Shown here: in pieces, positions 52,907-62,845 of the stretch | How positions within the stretch are numbered: position 1 is the stretch's first letter | How the letters are laid out: each line of letters opens with the position of its first letter | Assembly: GCA_012523355.1 (NCBI GenBank) | Contig: JAAYIR010000089.1 | Coordinates: 1 to 63,824 of the forward strand | Direction: 5' to 3' | Source of the DNA: a candidate division WS1 bacterium | GTDB taxonomy: Bacteria > Armatimonadota > Zipacnadia > Zipacnadales > Zipacnadaceae | DNA length: 63,824 bases | Made by a program: the position numbers and the translations under genes | The notes under the pieces: model-generated | What the model was told of the DNA's origin: nothing | What the model saw: only the letters and a program-made list of their open reading frames with translations | Database searches by the model: none

Positions 52907-53794
52907 GTGTCTGAAAAGTCAACCTGGACTAACAAGGTGGGGTTAGCAGAAATGCTGCGCGGCGGCGTCATCATGGACGTCACCACCCCGGAGCAGGCGA
53001 AGATCGCTGAGGACGCAGGAGCCGTATCGGTGATGGCTTTGGAGCGCGTCCCCGCTGACATCCGCGCCGAGGGCGGCGTGGCACGCATGGCAGACCTGAC
53101 TGTGATCGAGCGCATCATGGAGTGCGTAACCATTCCGGTGATGGCGAAGTGCCGGATCGGGCACTTCGCCGAGGCGCAGGTCCTGGAGGCCATCGGCGTG
53201 GACTTCATAGACGAGAGCGAGGTGCTTACCCCCGCCGATGAGAAGTTCCACGTCTGGAAGCATGCTTTCAAGGTCCCCTTTGTCTGCGGCTGCACGAACC
53301 TCGCGGAGGCGCTGCGGCGCATCGGGGAGGGCGCGGCCATGATCCGCACCAAAGGCGAGGCCGGCAGCGGCAACATCGTCGAGGCCACCCGCCACATGCG
53401 CACGGTCATCACTGAGATTGAGCGTCTCAAGGGCCTGCGACAGGATGAATTGATGACCACCGCGAAGGAGATGGGGGCGCCCTTTGACCTGGTGCAGCAG
53501 GTCCACGACCAGGGCAAGCTACCGGTGCCGAACTTCTCCGCGGGGGGCATCGCCACTCCGGCGGATGCGGCGCTCATGATGCAGCTCGGAGCGGAGTCCG
53601 TGTTCGTGGGCTCGGGAATCTTCAAATCCGAGGACCCGGCCGAGCGCGCGGCAGCCATCGTGCATGCCACCACCTACTACGAGGACCCGGCGGAGGTCGC
53701 CAAGGCCTGCCGCGGGCTCAAGGGCGCGGCCATGCCCGGCCTGGATGTCAGCAAGCTTCCCGCCGAGGAACGCATGGCCAACCGAGGCTGGTAG
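52907..53794 (+). CDS. pdxS: Pyridoxal 5'-phosphate synthase, lyase subunit
   Basis: [42 protein letters not shown] is highly characteristic of PdxS/SNZ. GTG at 52907 follows GGAGGTG. Confidence 0.95.
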   Translation: MSEKSTWTNKVGLAEMLRGGVIMDVTTPEQAKIAEDAGAVSVMALERVPADIRAEGGVARMADLTVIERIMECVTIPVMAKCRIGHFAEAQVLEAIGVDFIDESEVLTPADEKFHVWKHAFKVPFVCGCTNLAEALRRIGEGAAMIRTKGEAGSGNIVEATRHMRTVITEIERLKGLRQDELMTTAKEMGAPFDLVQQVHDQGKLPVPNFSAGGIATPADAALMMQLGAESVFVGSGIFKSEDPAERAAAIVHATTYYEDPAEVAKACRGLKGAAMPGLDVSKLPAEERMANRGW

Positions 53795-53863
53795 CCCCTC
53801 TCAGAACGACTCCACGCGCCGCCTGGCAAGTGGGAGAGAGAATGGAGTGATGGGGCTCTCCCC

Positions 53864-54547
53864 ATGCTGCTCTCCGTGATCATGCCGGTGTACAACGAGG
53901 CCGCCACGGTCGAGGAGATCGTGTGTCGTGTGCTCGCCGAACCGCATGAGAAGGAGCTCATCATTGTAGACGATGGCTCGACGGACGGCACCTCTGAGCT
54001 TCTCCAGCACCTGGCCTCCGGGGAGCCACGCATCCGCCTCCTTCGGCAGGACCCCAACCAGGGCAAAGGTGCGGCGGTGCGTCGAGGCCTTGAGGAGGCC
54101 CGAGGGGACATCCTGCTCATCCAGGATGCCGACCTGGAGTATGACCCCGCCGATTACAGCATACTGCTCAAGCCCATCGAGGAGGGGCGCGCCGACGCGG
54201 TGTATGGCTCACGTTTCCTTGGAGTACATCGGGCGTTCCTGTTCTGGCACCTGGTCGGCAACCGCTTCCTGACCTTCCTCACTAACCTGCTGTACAACGC
54301 AACGCTCACCGACATGGAGACCTGCTACAAGGCCATCCGCCGGGAGTTCCTGGAGGGCGTACGGCTGCGCAGCAACACCTTTGACATCGAGCCAGAGATC
54401 ACGGCCAAGCTGCTCAAGCGGAGGGCGCGGCTGTATGAAGTGCCGATCAGCTACTATGGCCGCGACTTCTCCGAGGGGAAGAAGATCCACTGGCACGACG
54501 GCTTGCGCGCACTCTGGACGCTGCTGAAATATAGGTTCTTGGATTAG
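53864..54547 (+). CDS. Family-2 glycosyltransferase (polyprenol-phosphate glycosyltransferase / DPM1-like)
   Basis: LSVIMPVYNE, IIVDDGSTDGT and DADLEYDP (DxD) motifs. Confidence 0.85.
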   Translation: MLLSVIMPVYNEAATVEEIVCRVLAEPHEKELIIVDDGSTDGTSELLQHLASGEPRIRLLRQDPNQGKGAAVRRGLEEARGDILLIQDADLEYDPADYSILLKPIEEGRADAVYGSRFLGVHRAFLFWHLVGNRFLTFLTNLLYNATLTDMETCYKAIRREFLEGVRLRSNTFDIEPEITAKLLKRRARLYEVPISYYGRDFSEGKKIHWHDGLRALWTLLKYRFLD

Positions 54548-54716
54548 AATTGCCCGTCCAGCTCGCCGCGCCTCCCGCGCTTGAGCCATGGCCCTCGGCT
54601 GGCGCGAGCACCTTCCCGGTGTGGGCCTGTGCTGGTCTCTTCTTCAAGACTCGTGTATCATAGCCTCGGCGCGGGTCCCTGACTCGCGTCGTGTTGTTGT
54701 CCGGGAGTTGTCTCTG

Positions 54717-55919
54717 ATGAAGCGGTACTCTGTCCTTGTAGCCTCGATATTCATGCAGGTATGCTTGGGCGGTATCTACGCCTGGAGCACCTTTGTGCCC
54801 CCCCTGCGCGAGGCGCACGGGCTGACCGCGGCCCACACGCAGCTTATCTTCGGCGTTACCATCGCCATGCTCACCGTGGGCATGGTCCTGGGAGGCCGAA
54901 TGGAGGCTCGCCGTGGGCCGCGCCTGGTGGCCGCCATCGGAGCTGTGCTCTACTGCGCCGGGTACCTCATTGCCGCGCAGTCCCGGGGCACCTTCTATCT
55001 CCTCCTCACTGGCCTTGGCCTCGTTGCCGGTCTGGGCATCGGCATGGCCTATATCTGCCCGATCGCCACCTGCGTGAAGTGGTTCCCGAGGCGCAAGGGC
55101 CTTATCACCGGCCTTACGGTGGCGGGCTATGGCGCGGGAGCGATCGTGCTGGCGACCCTTTCTACCGAGCTCTTCCAGCGACACTGGGAAGTGTTGTCGG
55201 TCTTCCGTCTTATCGCCATTGCCTATGGCGCGGTAGTATTTGTCGGGGCGCTGTTCCTGAGCGTTCCCCAGAGCTCTGCTCAGGAACCAGGGGCAGCGGA
55301 CTTCACGGTGCGCTGGCTACTGCGCCAGCGCGAGTTCTGGGCCCTCTCGGCAGGGATGTTCTGCGCGACCTTTGCAGGCACTATGGTCATCGGGAACCTC
55401 AAGCCTCTGGGACTACAGGCCGGGCTCAGCGCCTCCATCGCCACCGCGGCGATCAGCGCCCTGGCCCTTGGCAATGCGGCCGGCCGGCTCACCTGGGGTG
55501 GCGCTCATGACCGCTGGGGTGCGCGGGTGCTACCCCTTTCCCTGGTCTTCCTGGGGGCCTCGGTGCTCGCCTTGCTGCTGGTGGGGCGCGTGCACAACGT
55601 CTTTCTGTCCTTCTCTCTGTTGGTGGGATTCGGCTACGGCGCGGCGCTGGTTCTGTATGTAGCCCAGGCCGCGCAGGTCTGGGGGCTGGGCAGGGTGAGC
55701 CGCATCTACCCCTTCGTGATGCTCTTCCATGGCGCAGCCGCACTGGTTGGTCCGGCGCTGGCCGGCTTCATCCTGGACCGCCTGGGGACCTACAACCCGG
55801 CCTTGATTACGGGCGGGGTCCTGGCCCTGGGCGGCGCGATGCTAGTGCTGATCCTGGGCTTGACGGATCACCGACGAACAGGGACAATACCTGAGCCGGT
55901 GGAAGAAGCCCTGGTCTGA
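54717..55919 (+). CDS. MFS transporter, oxalate/formate antiporter (OFA)-like
   Basis: 12 TM segments. The N-terminus VLVASIFMQVCLGGIYAWSTF is typical of the OFA subfamily. ATG at 54717 follows GGGAG. Confidence 0.8.
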   Translation: MKRYSVLVASIFMQVCLGGIYAWSTFVPPLREAHGLTAAHTQLIFGVTIAMLTVGMVLGGRMEARRGPRLVAAIGAVLYCAGYLIAAQSRGTFYLLLTGLGLVAGLGIGMAYICPIATCVKWFPRRKGLITGLTVAGYGAGAIVLATLSTELFQRHWEVLSVFRLIAIAYGAVVFVGALFLSVPQSSAQEPGAADFTVRWLLRQREFWALSAGMFCATFAGTMVIGNLKPLGLQAGLSASIATAAISALALGNAAGRLTWGGAHDRWGARVLPLSLVFLGASVLALLLVGRVHNVFLSFSLLVGFGYGAALVLYVAQAAQVWGLGRVSRIYPFVMLFHGAAALVGPALAGFILDRLGTYNPALITGGVLALGGAMLVLILGLTDHRRTGTIPEPVEEALV

Positions 55920-55999
55920 ACCGGAAGGCAGCGGCCAGCGTCCCAGGCGCGGGCTCCGAACGCGACTCCGGCATGGCCACAAAGGAGAGAGGCATCGCT

Positions 56000-56578
56000 A
56001 TGCGTATTGGCGTTCTAAGCCTGCAGGGGGATTTTGCCGAGCATGTGCAGGCCTTTGAGGAGCTGGGAGTTGAGGTCTCCGCGGTTAAGCGGCCGGAAGC
56101 AGTGCTCGCGTGTGATGCACTGGTCCTTCCCGGTGGCGAGAGCACGACCATCGGCAAGCTCTGTGTGCGTTTTGGTGTTGGTGAGGCCATCCTCGACCTG
56201 GCGCGTCGTGGGGCGCCGATCTGGGGCACCTGTGCGGGGATGATCCTGCTCGCCAGGGAAATCGAGGAGAGCGACCAATGGCGCCTGGGGCTGATGGACA
56301 TCACCGTACGCCGCAACGCCTTTGGTCGTCAGGTGGAGAGCTTCGAGGCTGACCTGGAGATCGCGGGAGTTCCCGAGGGGCCGTTGCGGACGGTCTTCAT
56401 TCGCGCCCCGGTGATCACTCGGATCGGGCCGCAGGTGGAGGTGCTGGCCTCCGTGGAGGACAAGATCGTCGCCGCGCGTGAAGGCCAGTATCTGGCGACC
56501 GCCTTTCACCCTGAGCTGACCACGGATAGAAGGGTTGAGCAGTTCTTCCTGAGAATGCTGGAACAGAGTAATGGGTAG
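56000..56578 (+). CDS. pdxT: Pyridoxal 5'-phosphate synthase, glutaminase subunit
   Basis: IGVLSLQGDFAEH, LPGGESTT, GTCAGMILL (catalytic Cys) and FHPELT. The ATG at 56000 was preferred; 55973 is also possible. Confidence 0.95.
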   Translation: MRIGVLSLQGDFAEHVQAFEELGVEVSAVKRPEAVLACDALVLPGGESTTIGKLCVRFGVGEAILDLARRGAPIWGTCAGMILLAREIEESDQWRLGLMDITVRRNAFGRQVESFEADLEIAGVPEGPLRTVFIRAPVITRIGPQVEVLASVEDKIVAAREGQYLATAFHPELTTDRRVEQFFLRMLEQSNG

Positions 56579-56675
56579 CATACAGACGAGAGATTAGCGG
56601 GGAGCGACCAACTTGCACGAGTGACTCCCCGCTCCTCGCCCACCATTTTCTACTGAGATTCACAGAGGTGATCAG

Positions 56676-57425
56676 ATGAAGGGCATAATCTTGGTCGGTG
56701 GGCTGGGGACGCGGCTCTACCCCATGACCCGGGTCACCAATAAGCATCTGCTCCCCGTCGGGCGTTTCCCCATGGTCTATTACCCCCTCCACAATCTCGT
56801 GGAGGCGGGAATCCGTGACATTCTCATTGTCACCGGCGGGAATAGTGTCGGGGCCTTTATGGAGCTTCTCCGCGATGGCCGCGAGTTTGGGCTGGACCAG
56901 TTATACTTCGCCTATCAACACGCTCCCCAGGGAATCGCCGACGCTCTGCGCTGCGCCGAAAGCTTTGTGGATGGTGATTCCTGCGTGGTCATGCTCGGCG
57001 ACAATATCCTGGCCGGCAGTATCAAGCCCTGCGTGGACAAGTTCCGGGAGCAGAAACGTGGAGCGCGCGTACTCCTCAAGGAGGTATCTGATCCGCAGCG
57101 CTTCGGGGTCGCGGAGTTCGGGCCGGACGGGCGGATAACGCAAATCCTCGAGAAGCCCGCCGACCCGCCCAGTAACGCCGCCGTGATCGGCGTATACATG
57201 TATGACGCTCAGGTGTGGGAGCTTCTCCCCACCCTGCGGCTTTCCGCGCGGGGCCAGTACGAGGTCACCGATCTGAGCAACGCTTACCTGGAACGCGGAG
57301 AATTGGAGCATGACCTGATTCCCTTTGGCTGGTCAGACGCCGGCACACCGGAGAGCCTGCACCGCGCCAGTGAGATGATGTACTCCAGCGACTTCCTGCC
57401 GGAGTTGGAGGAAGACTGCTGGTAA
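56676..57425 (+). CDS. Sugar-1-phosphate nucleotidyltransferase (short RmlA/glucose-1-phosphate thymidylyltransferase-like)
   Basis: MKGIILVGGLGTRLYPMTRVTNKHLLPV is the signature N-terminus. Confidence 0.85.
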   Translation: MKGIILVGGLGTRLYPMTRVTNKHLLPVGRFPMVYYPLHNLVEAGIRDILIVTGGNSVGAFMELLRDGREFGLDQLYFAYQHAPQGIADALRCAESFVDGDSCVVMLGDNILAGSIKPCVDKFREQKRGARVLLKEVSDPQRFGVAEFGPDGRITQILEKPADPPSNAAVIGVYMYDAQVWELLPTLRLSARGQYEVTDLSNAYLERGELEHDLIPFGWSDAGTPESLHRASEMMYSSDFLPELEEDCW

Positions 57426-57583
57426 GCGTGATCGCTGTTCTATGGCCATGGCGCCCGCGCGCCGGATCCGGTCCGAGACTCAGGGCCGGACGCACCTGGA
57501 CCCCAGCCGTCACAGTCACTCAACCTGTCTGCGAGTCTCTGGACTGACCCAGATGAGATTACCCCCAGTACCAGGAGGTCCCT

Positions 57584-58645
57584 ATGACTTCGAAGGAACG
57601 TGTCAACCTGGCTCTCGCCCACCGGGAGGCCGATCGCGTCGCCATCCACGACGCTCCCTGGGGAACCACCATTGAGCGCTGGCACCGCGAGGGCCTGCCC
57701 CAGAATATGACCCCGGCCGATTACTTCCACTTCGAGCTGGAGGGCCAGTGGGTTGAGCCCAGCTTCCGCTTCCCCACCGAGACCCTCGAGGAGACTGAGG
57801 AGTATACCATCACGCGCGACGGCAACGGCACGGTGAGCAAGACCTGGAAGCACAAGGAGTCCACCCCGCTCTGGTTGGACTACACCATCAAGACCCCCGA
57901 GGCCTGGCACGAGCACAAGCCTCGGCTGGAGTGGTCCTCCGACTACGTGGACTGGGAGGCCGCCAAGGCCATGCAGGCCCGCTGCCAGGAGAACGGCCGC
58001 TGGTTCTACTACGCCTGCGCCTTCGGCTTCAACCGCTTCGACATCATCGTCGGCGGCGAGCGCCTGCTGATGGCGATGGCCACTGATCCGGACTGGGTGC
58101 AGGACATGTTCGACACTTGGGCGGAGCTCTGCTGCCAGATACTAGAGGATATGATCGGCCACGGGCTGCAGTTCGACGGCTGCTTCGTCTACAACGACAT
58201 GGGCTATCGCAACGCCAGCCTGTTCAGTCCGGCCATGTTCCGGCGCTTTGAGTTCCCCAACCACAAGAAAATCTACGACTGCGCCAAGGCCCACGGCCTC
58301 AAGTGCATCCTGCACTCCTGCGGCTGCGTGAAGGAGTTGATTCCTGGCCTGATCGAGGCCGGTCTGGCCTGCCTGCAGCCCCTGGAGGTCAAGGCGGGGA
58401 TGGACCTCATCGAGCTGAAGCAGCAATATGGAGAGGTCCTGGCCTTCATGGGGGGAATAGATGCCCGCAAGATGGCGCATCCTGACCCCGCCGTGATCGA
58501 GGAGGAGATCCGAACCAAGTTCGCCGTCGCCATGCCCGGAGGCGGTTACATCTTCCATAGCGATCATTCCATCCCCGACAACGTGAGTTTCCAGCAATAC
58601 CAGCACGTGATAGACCTGGTGCACAAGTACGGAAAGTACCGCTGA
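57584..58645 (+). CDS. Uroporphyrinogen decarboxylase (URO-D) family protein, non-heme context
   Basis: ERVNLALAHREADRVAIHD N-terminus and C-terminal GGGYIFHSDHSIP. Distant paralog of the ORF at 42209..43144. Confidence 0.75.
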   Translation: MTSKERVNLALAHREADRVAIHDAPWGTTIERWHREGLPQNMTPADYFHFELEGQWVEPSFRFPTETLEETEEYTITRDGNGTVSKTWKHKESTPLWLDYTIKTPEAWHEHKPRLEWSSDYVDWEAAKAMQARCQENGRWFYYACAFGFNRFDIIVGGERLLMAMATDPDWVQDMFDTWAELCCQILEDMIGHGLQFDGCFVYNDMGYRNASLFSPAMFRRFEFPNHKKIYDCAKAHGLKCILHSCGCVKELIPGLIEAGLACLQPLEVKAGMDLIELKQQYGEVLAFMGGIDARKMAHPDPAVIEEEIRTKFAVAMPGGGYIFHSDHSIPDNVSFQQYQHVIDLVHKYGKYR

Positions 58646-58831
58646 TCCGGCTGTAGGGCACGGGCTTGTACCGCGCCGTCTCGCTCGTGGGGGCAGAGGG
58701 GCGTAAGCCCACCCACGCTGGAACAGTGGTTTAAGAGTCAAGTCCTGCGTCACAGACCAGCCCAGCACCGGGCGGCAATCGCGGCTCAGGAGCCGCGAAA
58801 GTCCGCCCCTACACAGAAGGAGAAACGCTTC

Positions 58832-59974
58832 ATGGACCAACTTCATCTCGGCATTATCGGCGTCTCCGGGCGCGGCGGCATGGCCCGTCACTGGCAGGAC
58901 AACCCGCGCGCGGAGGTCGTCGCCGGCATGGACGTCAACTCCGATGCCCTCGCCGACTTCCAGGAGCGCATGGGCAACCAGCCCTTCGTTACCACGGATC
59001 TCGAGGCTTTGCTCAACCGCGACGACGTGGAAGCGGTCGGCGTTTTCTCCCCGGACTTCACGCATGAGGAGTACGCCGTGGCCGCCCTGGAGGCCGGCAA
59101 GCACGTCTTCTGCGAGAAGCCCCTGGCCATCACGACCGAAGGCTGCGACCGCATTCTCCGCGCCTGGAAAGCCTCCGGCAAGCGCCTGATGGTAGGCTTC
59201 AACATGCGCTATATGAATATCTTCCGCGTCATGAAGGAGGTCATTGACTCCGGCGCAATCGGCGAACCCAAGGCCGCCTGGTGCCGCCATTTCGTCGGTC
59301 ACGGAGGCTGGTTCTACTACCATGACTGGCATGCGCGCGTCGACGGCACTAACTCCCTTCTCCTACAAAAGGGCAGCCACGACCTGGACATGCTTCACTG
59401 GCTCACCGGCAGCTACACCCAGCGTGTCGCCGCCTTCGGCAGCCTGGACTTTTTTGGCGGCGGCCAGCCCAACGACCTGACCTGCCCCGAGTGCGAACGC
59501 GCTCGCGACTGCCCCGAATACATCGAGTGGCCCGACCACGAAAAGTGCGTGTTCCGCCAGGAGGTGGAAGTGGAGGATAATCAAGTGATGATCATGGAGC
59601 TGGAGAACGGCATCAAGGCCTCCTACCTGCAGTGCCACTTCACCCCTGACTACCACCGCAACTACACCATCATCGGCACCGAGGGACGGGTGGAGAACTC
59701 CGAGCCGGAGATGAAGGTATGGGTGAAGACCCGGCGCTCACGCCACGACTGGAAGGCCCTGGCCGACCGTACCTATGACGTCAAACCCGCTGAGGGGGGC
59801 CACGGCGGCGCCGACCCCGTTATCACCCAGGACTTCCTCGACATGGTGCTCGACGGCAAGGAGCCCCTCGCCACGCCCGTGGCGGGCCGGATGAGCGTGG
59901 CCGCGGGCTGCGCGGGCGCGCAGTCCCTCCGCCAGGGAGGCGGAGTAGTGGAGATCCCCCCCCTCGCCTGGTAG
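58832..59974 (+). CDS. Gfo/Idh/MocA-family oxidoreductase
   Basis: LHLGIIGVSGRGG Rossmann start, an EKPLA motif, and the C-terminal alpha/beta domain. Confidence 0.85.
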   Translation: MDQLHLGIIGVSGRGGMARHWQDNPRAEVVAGMDVNSDALADFQERMGNQPFVTTDLEALLNRDDVEAVGVFSPDFTHEEYAVAALEAGKHVFCEKPLAITTEGCDRILRAWKASGKRLMVGFNMRYMNIFRVMKEVIDSGAIGEPKAAWCRHFVGHGGWFYYHDWHARVDGTNSLLLQKGSHDLDMLHWLTGSYTQRVAAFGSLDFFGGGQPNDLTCPECERARDCPEYIEWPDHEKCVFRQEVEVEDNQVMIMELENGIKASYLQCHFTPDYHRNYTIIGTEGRVENSEPEMKVWVKTRRSRHDWKALADRTYDVKPAEGGHGGADPVITQDFLDMVLDGKEPLATPVAGRMSVAAGCAGAQSLRQGGGVVEIPPLAW

Positions 59975-59987
59975 CCTTTCCTACCAC

Positions 59988-60851
59988 TTACCGGTCGGCG
60001 ACCAGTCCCAGGGCATTGGGCACTCCGTATGCCCCCGGCACCTCCAGCTTGACCTGGCCCGCTTCCACGTATAGCTGGCGCGACGGTCCGCCGTCCAGGT
60101 TCAGCGCGTTCCGGCACCCCCATTGCTTCAGCACCCGCGCCCAGTGGTGGAGAGAAAGCTGGCCCCGGCTGGTCACTGCCAGCATCACGCGACCACCCTC
60201 CGTGATCCCCACCGCGGAGCGGAAGGACTCGCCCGGCTTAAAGCGTGGAACGCGCCCCCGAATCACCAGTCTCGGCCCGCATTGCCGCGCCTCCGTAGCG
60301 CCCCGCGGCACGCCCTCGCGCGTGTGCACGATGCGTGGCTTTCCCCGGACCACCGCGAATATACCCCAGTCCGCCTTCCGCAGGGGATTGAGCCGCTTCC
60401 CCTCATGCACCACCAGCCCGAGCGGTTTACCTTCCTCATCGAAGAACCCCCCGTTGATCGCCGCCGCCGCCTGGCCTGCCTGCGCGAACTCCGCAACTGT
60501 TCGCGGCTTCCTTCCTTCCCGGTATGCTTCCCACACCACCACGCGGAACCGTGCCGGGTCTGCCAGCACAGCCACCACCTGCGCCGATCCTCCGGCCACC
60601 TCGGAGACGCGATAGCTCATGCCGGGCAGGACTGGCTGCCAGCCCGGGGTCATCTTTAATGCCCCTCCGAGTCCCGTCGTCGAGACTGCGCCCCGCGACC
60701 TCGTCGTCTCCAGTGGTCCAGTGGTGACCTCCGGGAGGGCTTCTTCTCCTCCGCGATCGCCGCCAGAGCTATCGGTCCCCGGAGCCGGCGCTGGCGCGCA
60801 GCCGCCCACCAGACAGAGAATTGTGATAAGATACCAGTATCGCATATGCAT
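59988..60851 (-). CDS. Lipoprotein, phosphodiester glycosidase (DUF2233/NAGPA-like) family
   Basis: Lipobox LVGGC after a hydrophobic N-terminus. AINGGFFD and NLDGGPS blocks are typical of DUF2233. Confidence 0.75.
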   Translation of the reverse strand: MHMRYWYLITILCLVGGCAPAPAPGTDSSGGDRGGEEALPEVTTGPLETTRSRGAVSTTGLGGALKMTPGWQPVLPGMSYRVSEVAGGSAQVVAVLADPARFRVVVWEAYREGRKPRTVAEFAQAGQAAAAINGGFFDEEGKPLGLVVHEGKRLNPLRKADWGIFAVVRGKPRIVHTREGVPRGATEARQCGPRLVIRGRVPRFKPGESFRSAVGITEGGRVMLAVTSRGQLSLHHWARVLKQWGCRNALNLDGGPSRQLYVEAGQVKLEVPGAYGVPNALGLVADR

Positions 60852-60905
60852 CGGGGCGTATTTCCATCTCGCTCCCCTGCCGCCCTTCCCTGGAGAGGAG
60901 CTCTC

Positions 60906-62642
60906 ATGCCCGAACCGGTTGGCTGTTTCGTTCTGGTGTTGCACTCCCATATCCCCTACGTTCTCGGCCACGGCACCTGGCCGCACGGCAGCCAGATGCT
61001 GTATGAGGCCGCGGCGGATTCCTACATCCCCCTGCTATGGATGCTGGAGGAACTCTCCTACGAGGGGATCCAGCCGCGAGTGGTGGTCAGCCTCTCCCCC
61101 ATCACCATGGAGCAGCTCGCCGACGAGCGCTTCAAAGACTGGTTTGTGAACTACCTGAACGAAAAGATCCACTGGGCAGAGGAAGATGCACACGAATTTG
61201 ACAGCTACGGCGATGGTCATCGCGCTTACCTGGCGAGGCAGTGGCGAAAGCGGTATGAGGCGCTCCTCGACTCCTTCTGTAACCGCTACGGGCGCGATCT
61301 CCTGGCTCAGTTCCGCGCGCACCAGGACGCCGGCAACATTGAGGTGATGACCAGCGCCGCCACGCACGGCTACCTGCCCCTCCTCCGCGAGGACGGCAGC
61401 GTGCAGCTTCAGGTACTCACTGCGATCGCCACCTACGAGAAGCATTTCGGCCGCCGTCCCCGCGCCTTCTGGCTGCCGGAGTGCGCGTATCGTCCCCGCG
61501 CCTTCTGGGCGCCCAACCCCGCTGTTAGCGGTCCCCAGACGTCCTATGCACGCAAGGGGGTGGAGGAGTTCCTGGGAGAAAACGGCCTGGACTACTTCAT
61601 TGTTGACACGCATCTGCTCGCTGGCGGGCCCCCCGAGCCGATTGACATAGACTGGCAACATACCCTGGGCAAGCTCTGGGGGCGCATCCAGAAGTCACGC
61701 GAGCCACGTCCCTACCACGGCGATAAGAGCCCTCACTTCCCCTATTTCGTAGGCCACTTCTATGAAGACCATCCCCCCGTCGCGGCCCTGGTTCGCGACC
61801 CCGATACCAGCATGAAGGTATGGAGTGGAGAGCATGGCTATCCCGGCGACGGGGATTACCTCGACTTCCACAAGAAGCACCTGCCCGGCGAGCTGCGCTA
61901 CTGGCGGGTTACCGGCCCGCGCGTCGAGCTCGGGGATAAACAGGTTTACCAGCCCGACTGGGCGGAGGCCAAACTCCGCGACCATGCTGGCAACTTCTTG
62001 TGGACCATCAAGGAGACGCTCCGGCCCCAGCCCCACCCCGGGGGGCGACTCCCCGTGCTTTGCGCGCCCTTCGACGCTGAGCTGTTCGGTCACTGGTGGC
62101 ACGAGGGCCCGCGCTTCCTCGCTCACGCCCTGCGTTGGATTCACCAGGATCCGGAGATCGAGATGCTCAGTGGCACGGAGTACCTCGCCCGTTATTCTCC
62201 CGAAACTGCTCTGGCGCTGCCCGAGGGTTCCTGGGGCGCGGGTGGTGGCCACTGGGTCTGGATGAATGACGACACCCTCTGGACCTGGGAGAAGGTCTAC
62301 GACGCTGAGCTTGACCTCCGCGCACTTCTGCATGACCACGGCTACGGTCACGACCCGGCCATGCGCGCTATCGTGGAGCAAGCGATGCGCGAGCTGCTGC
62401 TCCTTCAGGCCTCTGACTGGCAGTTCCTGATCACCACCTGGTCCGCTCGCGATTACGCCGGGGAGCGCCTGGCCTTTCACCACGGTGACTGCAAACGGCT
62501 GGCGAACATGGCCCGGCGCTATGCGCGGGGGGAGTGGATCGCGCAGGAGGAATGGGACTACCTGGGGGCCTGTCAGGACCGCGACCGCCCCTTCAGCGAC
62601 TTGGACCCCGCGTGGTTCGCGGAGGTCAAGAACCCCGCCTAG
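60906..62642 (+). CDS. GH57-family 1,4-alpha-glucan branching enzyme (DUF1957 C-domain)
   Basis: FVLVLHSHIPYV..HGTWPHG, the WLPECAY catalytic Glu region, and PFDAELFGHWWHEG are hallmark GH57 branching-enzyme blocks. Confidence 0.9.
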   Translation: MPEPVGCFVLVLHSHIPYVLGHGTWPHGSQMLYEAAADSYIPLLWMLEELSYEGIQPRVVVSLSPITMEQLADERFKDWFVNYLNEKIHWAEEDAHEFDSYGDGHRAYLARQWRKRYEALLDSFCNRYGRDLLAQFRAHQDAGNIEVMTSAATHGYLPLLREDGSVQLQVLTAIATYEKHFGRRPRAFWLPECAYRPRAFWAPNPAVSGPQTSYARKGVEEFLGENGLDYFIVDTHLLAGGPPEPIDIDWQHTLGKLWGRIQKSREPRPYHGDKSPHFPYFVGHFYEDHPPVAALVRDPDTSMKVWSGEHGYPGDGDYLDFHKKHLPGELRYWRVTGPRVELGDKQVYQPDWAEAKLRDHAGNFLWTIKETLRPQPHPGGRLPVLCAPFDAELFGHWWHEGPRFLAHALRWIHQDPEIEMLSGTEYLARYSPETALALPEGSWGAGGGHWVWMNDDTLWTWEKVYDAELDLRALLHDHGYGHDPAMRAIVEQAMRELLLLQASDWQFLITTWSARDYAGERLAFHHGDCKRLANMARRYARGEWIAQEEWDYLGACQDRDRPFSDLDPAWFAEVKNPA

Positions 62643-62750
62643 CCGGTACCTTCCGGCCTGGCACCCTCCCCCCTTGCGGGGAGGATCAAGGTGGGGTCCG
62701 TTGGCTCTGGCCGTCTCCCACTGCCCCTTTCGGTATCACTTAGTTAACCG

Positions 62751-62779
62751 TTTACATACCAGGGTAAATCGGGTATAGT
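62751..62779 (+). promoter_or_regulatory. Sigma70-like promoter upstream of the DUF1559 gene pair
   Basis: TTTACA (62751..62756), a 17-nt spacer, then TATAGT (62774..62779). Confidence 0.6.
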
Positions 62780-62785
62780 ATAGGT

Positions 62786-62809
62786 GGTGGCCAATGAACC
62801 TTGGCCACC
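62786..62809 (+). promoter_or_regulatory. Perfect 9-bp inverted repeat just downstream of the -10 element (operator or 5'-leader hairpin)
   Basis: GGTGGCCAA-tgaacc-TTGGCCACC, starting 7 nt after the -10 hexamer and about 37 nt before the start codon. Confidence 0.5.
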
Positions 62810-62845
62810 TAGCACGTATCCCTTCAGCTACAAGGAGTGATGACT

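Noticed and set aside
58646-58831. Nested GC-rich stem (GGCGG..CGCGGCT-cagg-AGCCGCG..CCGCC) upstream of the Gfo/Idh/MocA gene as a possible riboswitch or ncRNA.
   Set aside because: The stems are short, of a kind expected by chance in GC-rich DNA. I recognise no conserved riboswitch core and cannot assess covariation. A Rfam scan would settle it.
58142-59332. 396-aa minus-strand ORF.
   Set aside because: It is antisense to the URO-D-like and Gfo/Idh/MocA genes and spans their intergenic region. It is a shadow ORF of GC-rich DNA.
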